Both the position numbers and the translations under genes were made by a program. 64,000 nucleotides of DNA from NCBI GenBank assembly GCA_965262915.1, contig OZ253564.1:1504001-1568000 (forward strand), in the 5' to 3' direction. The DNA is from Candidatus Spongiisociaceae bacterium (GTDB lineage: Bacteria; Actinomycetota; Acidimicrobiia; Spongiisociales; Spongiisociaceae). A model generated the notes under the pieces. It saw only the letters and a program-made list of their open reading frames with translations. It was not told the DNA's origin and ran no database searches. Positions within the stretch are counted from its first letter, which is position 1. Every line of letters starts with the position of its first letter. Shown in pieces: positions 19,143 to 29,319 of this stretch.

Positions 19143-21037
19143 CCTCCGGTCAACTCCATGATCTTGTTGGCTATCTCGTCCGACGTGAACGGGATCCCCT
19201 CCACCTTGTTGTACGAGATGATCGGGGTGACGAATTCGGCCTTGATCATCCTGGAGAGCTGGCCGTTGTTCAACTCGGGTATCAGCACCTGTTCGTAGCT
19301 GCTCAACACGGTGGGCATGTTGGGCGCGAAGGGGCTCAGGTAACGGACCCTGGCATGGGCCACCTTGGCGCCCGCCGTCCGGGCGTTGCCCACCCCCGCC
19401 CGTACTGCCGAGTAGGTCGATCCCCAACTGATCACCAGAAGGTCCGCACCGTCGGGATCGTCGACCTCCACCTCGGGAATGTCGTTGGCGATGTTCGCCA
19501 CCTTCCAGGCCCTGATGTCGGTCATCAACTGGTGGTTGGCGGAATCGTAGGAGACGTTGCCGGTCCCCTCCTCCTTCTCGAGGCCACCTATCCGGTGCTC
19601 GAGGCCGGGCATCCCGGGAATCGCCCACCGGCGGGCCATCGTCCGGAAGTCGCGGACATAGGGCAGGAACCGGTCGCCGGCGTTGGGTCCGGTGGCGAAG
19701 GGAACCTCGATCTTTGGCAGGCTGGCGATGTCGGGCAGCTTCCACGGCTCCGACCCGGTGGCGATGTATCCGTCGGAGAGGAGGATGACCGGGGTCATGT
19801 ACTTGATGGCTATGCGGCATGCCTCGACCGCCACCTCGAAGGCGTCGGAGGGCGACGAGGCCGCCAGGACGGGGAGCGGGGACTCGCCGTGGCGACCCCA
19901 CACGGCCAGGAACAGGTCAGACTGCTCGGGCTTGGTGGGCAGGCCTGTCGACGGGCCGCCCCGCTGCACGTCGACGATGATCATCGGCAGTTCGGTGATG
20001 ATCGCCAGGCTTATCGTCTCGCCTTTCAGCGACAGGCCCGGACCGCTCGTGCCGGTGATGGCCAGGGAGCCGGCGAAGGCCGCCCCCAGAGTCGCTCCCG
20101 CCGCGGCGATCTCGTCCTCGGCCTGGAAGGTCTTCACCCCGAAGTTCCGGTGGCGCACCATCTCGTGGAGGATCTCCGATGCGGGGGTGATCGGGTAGGA
20201 ACCGTAGAACAGGGGCAGCCCGGACAGCTGCGAGCCGGCGATCAGGCCCCACGCCAAGGCCGCGCTGCCGTTGACGTTGGTATAGGTGCCGGGCGGTAGG
20301 GCAGCAGGTCGCACCTCGATCTGGCGGGCGAAGCTCTCGGTGGTTATCCCGTAGTTGTAACCCGCCTTGAGGGCCGCCAGGTTGGCGTTCTTGACGGCTT
20401 CCCTCTTGGCGAACTTCTTCTCCACCCATCGCTTGGTCACCTCGGTGTCACGGCCGAACATCCACAGGAGCAGGCCCACGGCGAGGAAGTTCTTCGAGCG
20501 GAGCACGGCCCGACCGCTCACCCCGGAACCTTTCACGGCCTCCTTGGTGAGGGTTTCCATCGGTACCGAGTGGACGTCATAGGTGTCCAGCGAACCATCC
20601 TCGAGAGGGTTGGACTCGAAGCCCGCTTTGTAGAGGTTGCGCTCGTCGAAGGCCTCGTTGTTGATGATGAGGATCCCGTCCTCGCGCACATCCGCGAGAT
20701 GCACCTTGAGGGCGGCGGGGTTCATCGCCACCAGCACGCCGGGCCGGTCGCCCGGGGTGAGGATGTCCCAGTCGGCTATCTGGATCTGGAAGGACGAGAC
20801 GCCGGGAAGGGTGCCGGCCGGTGCCCGTATCTCGGCGGGGAAGGTGGGCAGGGTGGCCAGATCGTTCCCGAAGATGGCTGCCGCGTCGGTGAAGCGATTA
20901 CCTGCCAGCTGCATGCCGTCGCCCGAGTCGCCTGCGAAGCGGATCACCACCCGGTCTCGATTGTCGACCTTAACGCCTCCGTCGTGCGCGGCGAGGTCGG
21001 GCTTTCCCGGACTGGCTGAGTAGTTCTGGCTATCCAC
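19139..21037 (-). CDS. korA: 2-oxoacid:ferredoxin oxidoreductase alpha subunit
   Basis: FAGDSGDGMQ, YPITPAS, QAEDEIAA and QRGGPSTGLPT. Confidence 0.94.
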   Translation of the reverse strand: MDSQNYSASPGKPDLAAHDGGVKVDNRDRVVIRFAGDSGDGMQLAGNRFTDAAAIFGNDLATLPTFPAEIRAPAGTLPGVSSFQIQIADWDILTPGDRPGVLVAMNPAALKVHLADVREDGILIINNEAFDERNLYKAGFESNPLEDGSLDTYDVHSVPMETLTKEAVKGSGVSGRAVLRSKNFLAVGLLLWMFGRDTEVTKRWVEKKFAKREAVKNANLAALKAGYNYGITTESFARQIEVRPAALPPGTYTNVNGSAALAWGLIAGSQLSGLPLFYGSYPITPASEILHEMVRHRNFGVKTFQAEDEIAAAGATLGAAFAGSLAITGTSGPGLSLKGETISLAIITELPMIIVDVQRGGPSTGLPTKPEQSDLFLAVWGRHGESPLPVLAASSPSDAFEVAVEACRIAIKYMTPVILLSDGYIATGSEPWKLPDIASLPKIEVPFATGPNAGDRFLPYVRDFRTMARRWAIPGMPGLEHRIGGLEKEEGTGNVSYDSANHQLMTDIRAWKVANIANDIPEVEVDDPDGADLLVISWGSTYSAVRAGVGNARTAGAKVAHARVRYLSPFAPNMPTVLSSYEQVLIPELNNGQLSRMIKAEFVTPIISYNKVEGIPFTSDEIANKIMELTGG

Positions 21038-21229
21038 CGGCCTTCACTTCCTCCTGGTCATCGGTCCGAGCTTGTGCGCGTTTTGATAGTACAGTTTCGG
21101 CGCCGCCGGTCCGGTTCTAGCACTGCAAGGCGCGTACAGCCGATTCTACCTCGTCGAGGCGGCAAACCCATAGCCGTACGGGTCACTGATTGTCCGACTC
21201 CCGCTGGCCGGACCGGCGGAAAGGGTCGT

Positions 21230-22615
21230 TCATGGGGGTGGCCGGACCGTGGCCACCAGGCCGGATCCTTCGAGGGCCTCGCCCACTCCGAAGAGGAGGT
21301 CCTCCCGCCACCACCGGGCCACCAGATGGACCGCCGGAGGCGGGATGCCGTCGGCTACCACAGGAAGGGAGATCGCCGGGCACTTGATGACGTTCACGAG
21401 GGAGGTGAAGCCGCTCAGTATTCCCCTGTAGAAGATCGGTGACCCTCCGATCTCGATTGTGTCGACCCCGATCCGTTTGCGGGGATGGCCTACGGTCGGG
21501 GTGATGAGCAGGTCGTAACCGGCGAAGAGTTCCCCCGCGGCTTGCACGACTCCCGCCTGCCACCGCAGGGCATCGGTGTATTCGTCGAGAGTGATATCGG
21601 TGGCCAGGCCCACACGCTCCCGGAGATCGGCTCCGTAGAGGTTGGCGGGATCGCTGAACCACTCCCGGTGGACGGAGGCCGCCTCTGCGGCTGCCAGGGT
21701 GATGAGGGCCCGGTCGGGGGCGAGGCGCGGCGCGTCCACCTCGTCGACGGTGACGCCGAGGCGGCGCAGCCGATCGCAGAATTGCGCGAACGACCTGCGC
21801 GTGGCGTCGGAGGTCGTGACGTCTCGCAGCCAGGCCGACGGCACCGCCATCCGGAGTTTCTCCATCACCGGTGGCCGGCGCGGCGGGTCGTCCACCGGGA
21901 CCGACCACGGATCGCTCCGATCGAACCCTTTCATCGCACGGAACAGCAGCCGGGCATCCCCGACCGTGGCCGTGAGCGGTCCTACCGTATCCAGCGACCC
22001 GGCCAGCGGGAAGACGCCGGTCAGGGGGATCCTGCCGTGTGTGACCTTGAGGCCTACGATGCCGCACAGGGCGGCGGGAACCCGCACCGAGCCGCCCGTA
22101 TCCGTGCCGAGGGCGGCCGGCGCCATCCCGGCGGCCACCGCCACCGCCGACCCACCGGAGGAGCCTCCCGGTGACAGCTCCCGATCCCACGGGTTGCGCA
22201 CCGGTCCGGACCAGGGGTTCTCGGAGGAGAAGCCGTAGGCGAACTCGTGGAGCCCGGTGCGGCCCATGATGATCGCCCCGGCCGCTTCCAAGCGGTCCAC
22301 GACGGGGGCCGACACCGTCGCCTCGTGGCGGTAGAAGGCGGACCCTGCCGTGGTGACGTGACCCGCATGGTCGATCAGGTCCTTCAGGGCGATCGGAACG
22401 CCGCACAGCCGTCCGGTCCGGGGTCCGGCGTCCACGAGGTCGGCCTGTCTCAGCGCCCCTTCCGGGTCGAGTTCGGTGAAGGCGTTGAGGTCGGGGTTGC
22501 GGGCTTCCGCCACGTCGAGGTACCGCTCCACCACCTCGCGGGCGGTCCGTTCCCCGCTGCGTACCGCACGGGCGATCGACTCGACAGGACCCGGCAATGG
22601 TTCGGTTTCTACCAC
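21230..22615 (-). CDS. Amidase signature-family enzyme (GatA paralog)
   Basis: GVPIALKD, PGGSSGGS and GTDTGGSVRVPAALCG. GTG start overlaps the upstream stop. Confidence 0.9.
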   Translation of the reverse strand: MVETEPLPGPVESIARAVRSGERTAREVVERYLDVAEARNPDLNAFTELDPEGALRQADLVDAGPRTGRLCGVPIALKDLIDHAGHVTTAGSAFYRHEATVSAPVVDRLEAAGAIIMGRTGLHEFAYGFSSENPWSGPVRNPWDRELSPGGSSGGSAVAVAAGMAPAALGTDTGGSVRVPAALCGIVGLKVTHGRIPLTGVFPLAGSLDTVGPLTATVGDARLLFRAMKGFDRSDPWSVPVDDPPRRPPVMEKLRMAVPSAWLRDVTTSDATRRSFAQFCDRLRRLGVTVDEVDAPRLAPDRALITLAAAEAASVHREWFSDPANLYGADLRERVGLATDITLDEYTDALRWQAGVVQAAGELFAGYDLLITPTVGHPRKRIGVDTIEIGGSPIFYRGILSGFTSLVNVIKCPAISLPVVADGIPPPAVHLVARWWREDLLFGVGEALEGSGLVATVRPPP

Positions 22616-23820
22616 ACCAGGTCGGATGTCTCCGGATAGATCATGATCCACATCCTCCCAGGCGGCACGGTGATCTCGGCCCCGCCTGCGTCCGTGATGG
22701 TGAACCACTCGTCGGCGGAGGCGCGGTGCCACCGCCCCTCCGTGTAGCGTCCCTCGCCGAACACGATGGCGCGGTTCTCGCCCACAGTGTTCCAGGCCGG
22801 CACGCAGGAGCCTTCCCCCTGAGGGCAGGCCCGGTAGCCCTCGGCCATCAGCACGACCAGCACATCGGCTGATATCTGCCCGGTCTCTCCCTCACGGGTT
22901 CGCCAGAGTTGCGATTCGCCGTCCACCGATCGCAGGTACCGGCTGCCGTCCCAACGCCACACGACGTCGGACGTGTCGGACCACTCGAAGAAGATGTAGG
23001 TGGCGGTCGCCTCCGCCGGGCCGCTCAGGGGTCCCCTCCTGAAGAGCGGTGCCGGAGGTTCCTGGCTGAGCCCTCTCTCCGCCGCTATCCGGCGCACCTC
23101 GTAGGTGTTGACGTAGAGATTGTGGGGTGCATCCCGCTCCCTCCATCTGGCGGTCAGGGGCGGGCCGTAGTCCCCGATCAGCGGTACGTCGTTGCGGGTG
23201 ACCAGCCGGGTGATCCACGGTTGGCCGCCGCTGATCGCCAGAACACCGTTGAGCGGCTTGACCAGCGTCCAGTCGGTGGGACGGAGCGAGCGCATGGGGC
23301 CTACCCAGTCGGAGTCGCTGTGATGGAACAGGCCGATGAACCTGAGGATGCCGCTCTCCACCACGACCTCGTAGACCGCTTCGGCCTGCTCGAGCCCCGA
23401 CTGGGGTCGGGCATTCCAGTGGTTGTCGATCTTGACCGCCACCAGCTTGCGGTTGACCAGCGCCGGGTCGTCGACCGGAAGGCCGGTGACCGGGGACACC
23501 GGCCCCGAGTAGGCGGTCGTGGTGGGATCGGCGGAGGTCTCGGTAGTGCTCGCGGTCCCGGCCACCGTCTCTCCGGAGGTTTCGGTGGTGTCGCCGGTAG
23601 CGGTGGTGTCGCCGACGGTGGTGGCGAGGGCGTCGGCCACCGTCGCCTCGGTGGCTTCCTCGGTGGTGACGCTGGTGCCGGTGGGATCGGCGCCGGTGCT
23701 GGTCTCGGTCACCTCGGTCCGGCCGGAGGTGACGGTGGGTGTGGGAGCAGGATCGTCGCCACCGCAGGCGACGGCCAGCATCATCCAGATGACCAGGGCA
23801 ACCGAGGATTTTCGCGACAT
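22609..23820 (-). CDS. DUF3048-type lipoprotein with a Thr-rich linker
   Basis: Lipobox LAVAC; VKIDN...ARPQSGL..A..VYE; GPMRS.R; APHNLY. Confidence 0.85.
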   Translation of the reverse strand: MSRKSSVALVIWMMLAVACGGDDPAPTPTVTSGRTEVTETSTGADPTGTSVTTEEATEATVADALATTVGDTTATGDTTETSGETVAGTASTTETSADPTTTAYSGPVSPVTGLPVDDPALVNRKLVAVKIDNHWNARPQSGLEQAEAVYEVVVESGILRFIGLFHHSDSDWVGPMRSLRPTDWTLVKPLNGVLAISGGQPWITRLVTRNDVPLIGDYGPPLTARWRERDAPHNLYVNTYEVRRIAAERGLSQEPPAPLFRRGPLSGPAEATATYIFFEWSDTSDVVWRWDGSRYLRSVDGESQLWRTREGETGQISADVLVVLMAEGYRACPQGEGSCVPAWNTVGENRAIVFGEGRYTEGRWHRASADEWFTITDAGGAEITVPPGRMWIMIYPETSDLVW

Positions 23821-24131
23821 ACGGGTGCCAGTGTCTCAGAAACGAAGCGCTGATTGCAACGACCTCGGGATCCGGCTGCCCCGGTTTATGGGTTGCCCGA
23901 CGTGGCCGGCTACGGGATGGGTTGGCTCGGCGTCGTCCGCCGTTCATGCCGCCGACGTACTCCAGGCGCGGAGTGACCGACAGGACCATCGTGCTGGCCC
24001 AGGTCATATCCGGTGCGTACACGCTTGCCCAGTGCGGTAAGCAAACCCTGGCTCCCACCCGGTAGAACCAGCATCTGGATGCCATCGCCACCGACTGGCC
24101 GCGGTTCATAGGTTGCGGTCGTCCCTACTTC

Positions 24132-24383
24132 ATGGATAGCCACTCCCTCCGGAAGCACGGGCAGGCTACGCCGCTGGGTTTCGTGTTCACGAGTATCACC
24201 GCCGGTGATGACCATACGTGTGCTGTGACGGATGACTATCGGATCAGGTGCTGGGGGAGCGACCTTTACGGGCAGTCGACGCCTTCGTCCACGGGCCGCA
24301 AGTATTTCAGCGTGACCGCCGGTCCCAGACACACCTGCGCCCTTCAGCGGGATCATTCCGTGACGTGCTGGGGGCGGGTGTGA
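24132..24383 (+). pseudogene. RCC1-repeat fragment (two repeats)
   Basis: ITAGDDHTCAV...RCWG..YGQ and VTAGPRHTCAL...TCWG. Too short to form a propeller. Confidence 0.7.
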
Positions 24384-24425
24384 GAGTGTTGTGGCGTGGA
24401 CATCGGGAAGACTCGGTCTGGAGTG

Positions 24426-24872
24426 TCACGGGAGCCGCCGAACTCCGCGGAGCGGCCAGTAGCGAGCGACTGCCACCGAATGGAGGGCTCCGCGGCTGAC
24501 GGGGCCTCTTGAACGGCTGTCGTTCGCCGAGTCGGCGCGGTTGTCACCGAGGACGAACCAGGAGTCCGCAGGCACGGTCCAGAGGCCGTCCGGTCGGGTC
24601 GCGGCCGACCACCACGGTTCGGTAAACGGGGTTCCGTCGATGAGGAGCACCCCGCCCTCGATCTTCACCGTCTCGCCGGGGAGACCGATCACCCGCTTGA
24701 GGAGAAAGCGGTCACCGGCCTGGAACACGACGATGTTCCCCCGCCTGGGTTCGCGGCCGCCACGGATCAGGCGCGTGAGCAGGTAGTCGCGGGGCGCCAG
24801 GAGGGGCGCCATCGAGTGATCGGCGACCTCGAAGCGGCCGAAGCGGGTGCGGAACCAGGCGAAGAGAGCCAA
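24426..24872 (-). CDS. sodX: S26-family peptidase, probable NiSOD maturation protease
   Basis: HSMAPLL, LLKRVIG and FVLGDNR..S.DSR. Divergent from sodN. Confidence 0.75.
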   Translation of the reverse strand: MALFAWFRTRFGRFEVADHSMAPLLAPRDYLLTRLIRGGREPRRGNIVVFQAGDRFLLKRVIGLPGETVKIEGGVLLIDGTPFTEPWWSAATRPDGLWTVPADSWFVLGDNRADSANDSRSRGPVSRGALHSVAVARYWPLRGVRRLP

Positions 24873-24992
24873 TGAGGTAATGATGGTCGGTCAGTCCCCT
24901 CGGTGGCTGCGCGTACGGACAGAGCGACCCGTCTGGACGACGGCGAGTGTATTGTCAGCCGGGCAGTACCTACGAATCCCGAAGGAGAGCTC

Positions 24993-25409
24993 ATGGGGAT
25001 CTTCAAGCCGTCGAAGGTGGCCCACGCCCACTGCGACCTGTTCTGCGGCGTGTACGACCCGGCCCAGGCCCGGATCGAAGCCGAGTCGGTCTTGCAGGCA
25101 GCCAAGAAGTACCACGGCAGCGACGACGAGGTCTTCCGTTCGCGGTGCATCTCGGTCAAGGAGTCGCAGGCCGAGTTGGTGAAGCATCACCTGTCGGTGC
25201 TCTGGACCGACTTCTTCAAGCCTCACCACCTGGAGCGCTTCCCCGAACTCCATGGCATGTTCTGGAACGCCATCAAGGCGGCGGGGGATGCCAAGAAGTC
25301 GACCGATCCGGCGGCGGCCGAGGACCTCATCGCCCAGATCGAGGGGATCGCCGACGTGTTCTGGCAGACCGACGAATCGGCGAACGTAGGTCTCTACCCG
25401 CCTTCCTGA
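24993..25409 (+). CDS. sodN: Nickel superoxide dismutase precursor
   Basis: SD AAGGAG; short leader followed by Ni-hook AHCDLFCGVYDPAQA; KHHLSVLWTDFFK. Confidence 0.93.
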   Translation: MGIFKPSKVAHAHCDLFCGVYDPAQARIEAESVLQAAKKYHGSDDEVFRSRCISVKESQAELVKHHLSVLWTDFFKPHHLERFPELHGMFWNAIKAAGDAKKSTDPAAAEDLIAQIEGIADVFWQTDESANVGLYPPS

Positions 25410-25510
25410 ACATCCGGGCGGCAGGGACCGCGGCTGACCGGCTGCGGGTGCAAGCGTCCGCCAAACACCCGAACTTCTAACCTGCAGGGATCGGCGAGGG
25501 CGTCGGCAAC

Positions 25511-26272
25511 TCACTCGCCGACCAGATCGCGCCGTCTCAGTATCGATCCTGTAAGGATCACTGAGACCAGCGCCATCACCGCCACCTTGGCGGCGGCGCC
25601 TCCTGCTCCGATCATCACCCGGCCGAGTATCCGGTCTACCGCGTCATACGTGTCGGGGGTCATCGAGGCGAAGTCGGCCGAAGCCGAGACGACGATGCGG
25701 TAGATCGAGGATGCCTGTATCCCCTCGAGGAGGCTGGCGAGGATCCCCTCCCAGAGGAAGAGGTAGCCGAGGCCGAACAGGGTGGCCCGGTTGAGCACCA
25801 ACCCCAGAGGCACGAACAGAGCGGCCGAGGCCAGGCTCTGGACGGCCACCCCCACCGTGGTGGCGATCCCCAGCGACCAATCGCCGCTCATCACGGCGGC
25901 CACCAGCCATGTGACCAGCACGCCTGTTTCCAGGATCACGAAAGCGGAGACAGCTGCGGCTATCAACGCGCCGAGGGCGATCACCCCGCGCGGCACCGGC
26001 TTGAGAAGAAGGAAAGGAAGGGTGTGGGCCTTGCGCTCCTCACCCAGCGCGGCGGTCGACACGACGAGGGCGGCCACCGGGTAGAGGGTGGCCATCCCCA
26101 GGCTGAATGTGAGGTCGTTGTACATCTCGGCTGCGAACGACTCGGAACGGCCCACGGCCAGGAGGAACAACAGCGGTGCCAACGAAGCGGTCAGCAAGAA
26201 CATCGCGATCGACCGGCGGCGCCTCATCAGCCGGCCGGTTATCGAACCCACTAGCAGGAGTAGGGCCCTCAT
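25511..26272 (-). CDS. ABC-2-type exporter permease
   Basis: Multi-TM protein with LGEERKAHTLPFLLLKPVPR. Confidence 0.82.
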   Translation of the reverse strand: MRALLLLVGSITGRLMRRRRSIAMFLLTASLAPLLFLLAVGRSESFAAEMYNDLTFSLGMATLYPVAALVVSTAALGEERKAHTLPFLLLKPVPRGVIALGALIAAAVSAFVILETGVLVTWLVAAVMSGDWSLGIATTVGVAVQSLASAALFVPLGLVLNRATLFGLGYLFLWEGILASLLEGIQASSIYRIVVSASADFASMTPDTYDAVDRILGRVMIGAGGAAAKVAVMALVSVILTGSILRRRDLVGE

Positions 26273-27225
26273 CCGGGTTCCACCAGGTAGCGGAAGACGC
26301 TGTCGAGGGACTCGTCCTCGGGGGATACGGCGATGATCCGTGATCCGGTCTCCCGGGCAGCCGCCGCGATATCGAGACCGAGAGCCCGTGCGTCGCCGGT
26401 TCTTATCTCGACGGTGTCTCGGCCGACCCGTACCGCCTCGACCCACTCTCCTCCTAGCAGCCTCCGCGCCAGCGGGCGCGGCCGGTCGGTGTCGATCCTG
26501 ATCAGGCGAGGCGTGTCCGACATGGCATCCCGGAGCGCCGCCACGGATCCCGCCGCCGCTACCCGTCCGTCGACCATGGCCACCACCCTTCCCGCCATGC
26601 GCTCCACCTCCGCCAGGACATGGGATGAGACGATGATCGTCCGGCCTTGCTGCCCGAGATCCAGGAACAACTCGATCAGTCGGGCCCGCTGCAGCGGGTC
26701 CGTCCCGTTCAGCGGCTCGTCGAGTAGCAGCACCTCCGGGTCGTGGACCAAGGCAGCGGCCACCTTGGCTCTCTGGCGCATGCCCTTGGAGAAGGTCGAC
26801 AGGCTCCGGTCGGCGTCCTTGGTGAGGTGAACGGTCTCCAAAGCACGAATTGCAGACGAACCGGGGTCCTCCACTCTCGACATGGCCGCGCTCCACTGGA
26901 CGAATCGTCGCGCTGTCATGTGCCCGTAGACGGCCTCGTCCTCCGGCACGAACCCGAGGTAGCGGTATACGGCGTGCTTGTTGCCCGGAGGGTGGCCGAG
27001 GATGGTCGCGCTACCCGCCGACGGCCTCAGCAAGCCGGCGAGAACCCGTAGCAGGGTTGTCTTCCCGGCTCCGTTGGGACCGAGCAGACCGGTTACCCCC
27101 GGCCCGAATGAGCAGTCCACCTCGGAGACCGCTACCTTCGGCCCGAACCACTTCGACAGGCGAGTGGCTACCACTGTGGGCTCGTCCACGTGAAGAGCGT
27201 CGGTCGAGCGGTCGGATGCAGTCAC
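26269..27225 (-). CDS. ABC exporter ATP-binding protein
   Basis: GPNGAGKT, FSKGMRQR and LLDEP. Confidence 0.92.
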   Translation of the reverse strand: MTASDRSTDALHVDEPTVVATRLSKWFGPKVAVSEVDCSFGPGVTGLLGPNGAGKTTLLRVLAGLLRPSAGSATILGHPPGNKHAVYRYLGFVPEDEAVYGHMTARRFVQWSAAMSRVEDPGSSAIRALETVHLTKDADRSLSTFSKGMRQRAKVAAALVHDPEVLLLDEPLNGTDPLQRARLIELFLDLGQQGRTIIVSSHVLAEVERMAGRVVAMVDGRVAAAGSVAALRDAMSDTPRLIRIDTDRPRPLARRLLGGEWVEAVRVGRDTVEIRTGDARALGLDIAAAARETGSRIIAVSPEDESLDSVFRYLVEPG

Positions 27226-28145
27226 GTCAATCTCCGGTAGCGCCAGCCGACCAGCGCCGCGCTAACGGCGGCCAGTCCGATTACCACGGCCAGTGAGGCG
27301 CCCGGCCCGAATCCGGCCTGCGCGGGTATCCACTCCGCCGATTCGTGGACCCCGAAGATCCAATCACGGATGTATCGAGGATGCTGCTCGGTGGCGAGCA
27401 GGGCTGCCCAGCGGGTACCGGGTGTGTCCTCCACGGCTTCCTGGAAGAAGAGGGCCACCAGGTTGAGGCCCAGTGAACCGACCAGGAAAGCGGCCGCGGC
27501 GCCTCCGACCCGGTTGATGAACGACGCGGTCAGGAAGCTGAGCGATGCGTGGAGGACGAAATAGGCGAGGGCCGCCAGAGGGACCTTCCAGAGGATGTCG
27601 GTGGTCCGGCCCAGGTACGAAAGGAAACCTTCCTGGGAGAGGGCGGCCAGCCCGAGATGTAGCAGCAACTGGGGCACCAGCCAGAAGCTGAGGATCACCG
27701 CGGCGTAGGCGAAGGCTTTGCCGATGAGATAGTCCCGCAACGCCAGCGGTCGAGAGAAGTACACGTTCAGGACCCCGTGGGTCCGGTCGGGGATCAGGAG
27801 ATGGGCCCCCGCGTACGCCGCGAACAGGAGTGCCACCACCGAGATGAAGTCGAAATACCCGCGGTAGCGGGGAACCAGATCCACCGGCCCCGCGGCGGAG
27901 GGGATCTGGGAGGTGGCCCAGGTGATGGCGACCAGTATCACCACCGAAGCCAGCGCCACCGTTATGAGGGTCCACGGCAACAGCTTCCGCTTCGCCTTAC
28001 GCCGGAGGCCCATCACCCTCCGGAAGCCCTCCCTGACTATGGCCCGGATGGCGCCCCGTCTCCCGGTACGGTTACCTTCGTAGTGGCGGTAGCCGCGGTC
28101 GACGATGACGGCTTCGTCGCGATCGGTTACTCGGGGATCAGCCAT
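27222..28145 (-). CDS. ABC-2-type exporter permease
   Basis: IVDRGYRHYEG and DRTHGVLNVYFSRPL..DYLIGK; multi-TM. Confidence 0.82.
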   Translation of the reverse strand: MADPRVTDRDEAVIVDRGYRHYEGNRTGRRGAIRAIVREGFRRVMGLRRKAKRKLLPWTLITVALASVVILVAITWATSQIPSAAGPVDLVPRYRGYFDFISVVALLFAAYAGAHLLIPDRTHGVLNVYFSRPLALRDYLIGKAFAYAAVILSFWLVPQLLLHLGLAALSQEGFLSYLGRTTDILWKVPLAALAYFVLHASLSFLTASFINRVGGAAAAFLVGSLGLNLVALFFQEAVEDTPGTRWAALLATEQHPRYIRDWIFGVHESAEWIPAQAGFGPGASLAVVIGLAAVSAALVGWRYRRLT

Positions 28146-29088
28146 TTGCTTCCTTGGCGGCTGCCACCAGCACGTCCTCCAGGCGGCTCAGGCTGGTTCC
28201 CAACCGGCGGACAGACGATCCTGACGACTCGAGAGCGTCGCGCATCAGTACGAAGGCGTCCTCGGCTCGGGTGACGACTGTTACCACTGCCCCGTCCACA
28301 GTGGTGGATACCCCCTGGCGGGTGAGTGCTTCGACCAGGGCCCGGGGATCCCCGAAGACCTCCACGGATAGTCGATCCCCCTCATCCGGAGGGTCGAGCG
28401 GCGCCGAGTGGATCAGCCGCCCGGCGTCGAGCATCACCACCCAGTCACAGGTCCGCTCAATGTCGTCGAGGATGTGCGATGAGAACAGCACGTTCATGCC
28501 GAATTCGCGGAAGCGGCCGATCAACTCCAGCATCTGGTCCCGCCCGGCGGGGTCGAGGCCGGAGGCCGGTTCGTCGAGGAGCACCAACTCCGGATCGTGG
28601 ACGATGCTCTGGGCCAGCTTCACCCGCTGTTGCATGCCGGTTGAGAAGTCGCCCAGGTAGCGGAAGCGTTCCTCGTGCAGTCCGACCAGGAAAAGGGTCT
28701 CCGACGCTCTCCGTCGTGCTTCGAGCGAAGGGATACCCGCCAGTTCGGCGGCGTAGGCCACGAAATCGGCCGCGGTCTGGTCAAGCGGAAGGCACTTGCC
28801 TTCCGGCATGTAGCCGATTCGCTCCCGGAGCCGGGCCGGGTCATCGGACACCTTCGTTCCGAAAACCGAGACCTGCCCGTAGGTCGGTCGGATCAGACCC
28901 AGGACAAGCCTGATCAAGGTGGTCTTACCCGCTCCGTTGGCTCCGATGAGGCCTGTCACCCCGTGGGGAACGGTCAGGTCGAGCCCTTCGAGGGCCCTGA
29001 CGTTGCCGAAGTGCTTGTACAGGCCACGAGTCTCGATGATCGGCGGGTCCGATCTTGTCGTGGCCGAAGGGATCCGCCGATCAGTCAA
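28138..29088 (-). CDS. ABC exporter ATP-binding protein
   Basis: GANGAGKT, FSTGMQQR and LLDEP. Confidence 0.92.
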   Translation of the reverse strand: MTDRRIPSATTRSDPPIIETRGLYKHFGNVRALEGLDLTVPHGVTGLIGANGAGKTTLIRLVLGLIRPTYGQVSVFGTKVSDDPARLRERIGYMPEGKCLPLDQTAADFVAYAAELAGIPSLEARRRASETLFLVGLHEERFRYLGDFSTGMQQRVKLAQSIVHDPELVLLDEPASGLDPAGRDQMLELIGRFREFGMNVLFSSHILDDIERTCDWVVMLDAGRLIHSAPLDPPDEGDRLSVEVFGDPRALVEALTRQGVSTTVDGAVVTVVTRAEDAFVLMRDALESSGSSVRRLGTSLSRLEDVLVAAAKEANG

Positions 29089-29131
29089 GCTCCCCCTCCA
29101 CGTGGGTTCCGAATCGGCGCATTGCCCTTAG

Positions 29132-29319
29132 CCTGAATCCACCGATTCATATTCCGAAAACCAATCCTGACCAGGGCGATCTCCGGGATCCACCACTCAC
29201 AGGAAGTTGCTCCTCTTCCCAGGACCGAACCATCCTTACCAATGGCTATCGCCGCAGATCAGGAGGCATTTCCACCATATCTCCATGTCCGCTGCGCCCT
29301 CCCCATCGGTGGATTCAGG
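29132..29319. mobile_element. 188-bp MITE with IS1380-type ends
   Basis: Perfect 15-bp terminal inverted repeats CCTGAATCCACCGAT / ATCGGTGGATTCAGG, flanked by a CTTAG direct repeat at 29127-29131 and 29320-29324. Confidence 0.85.
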
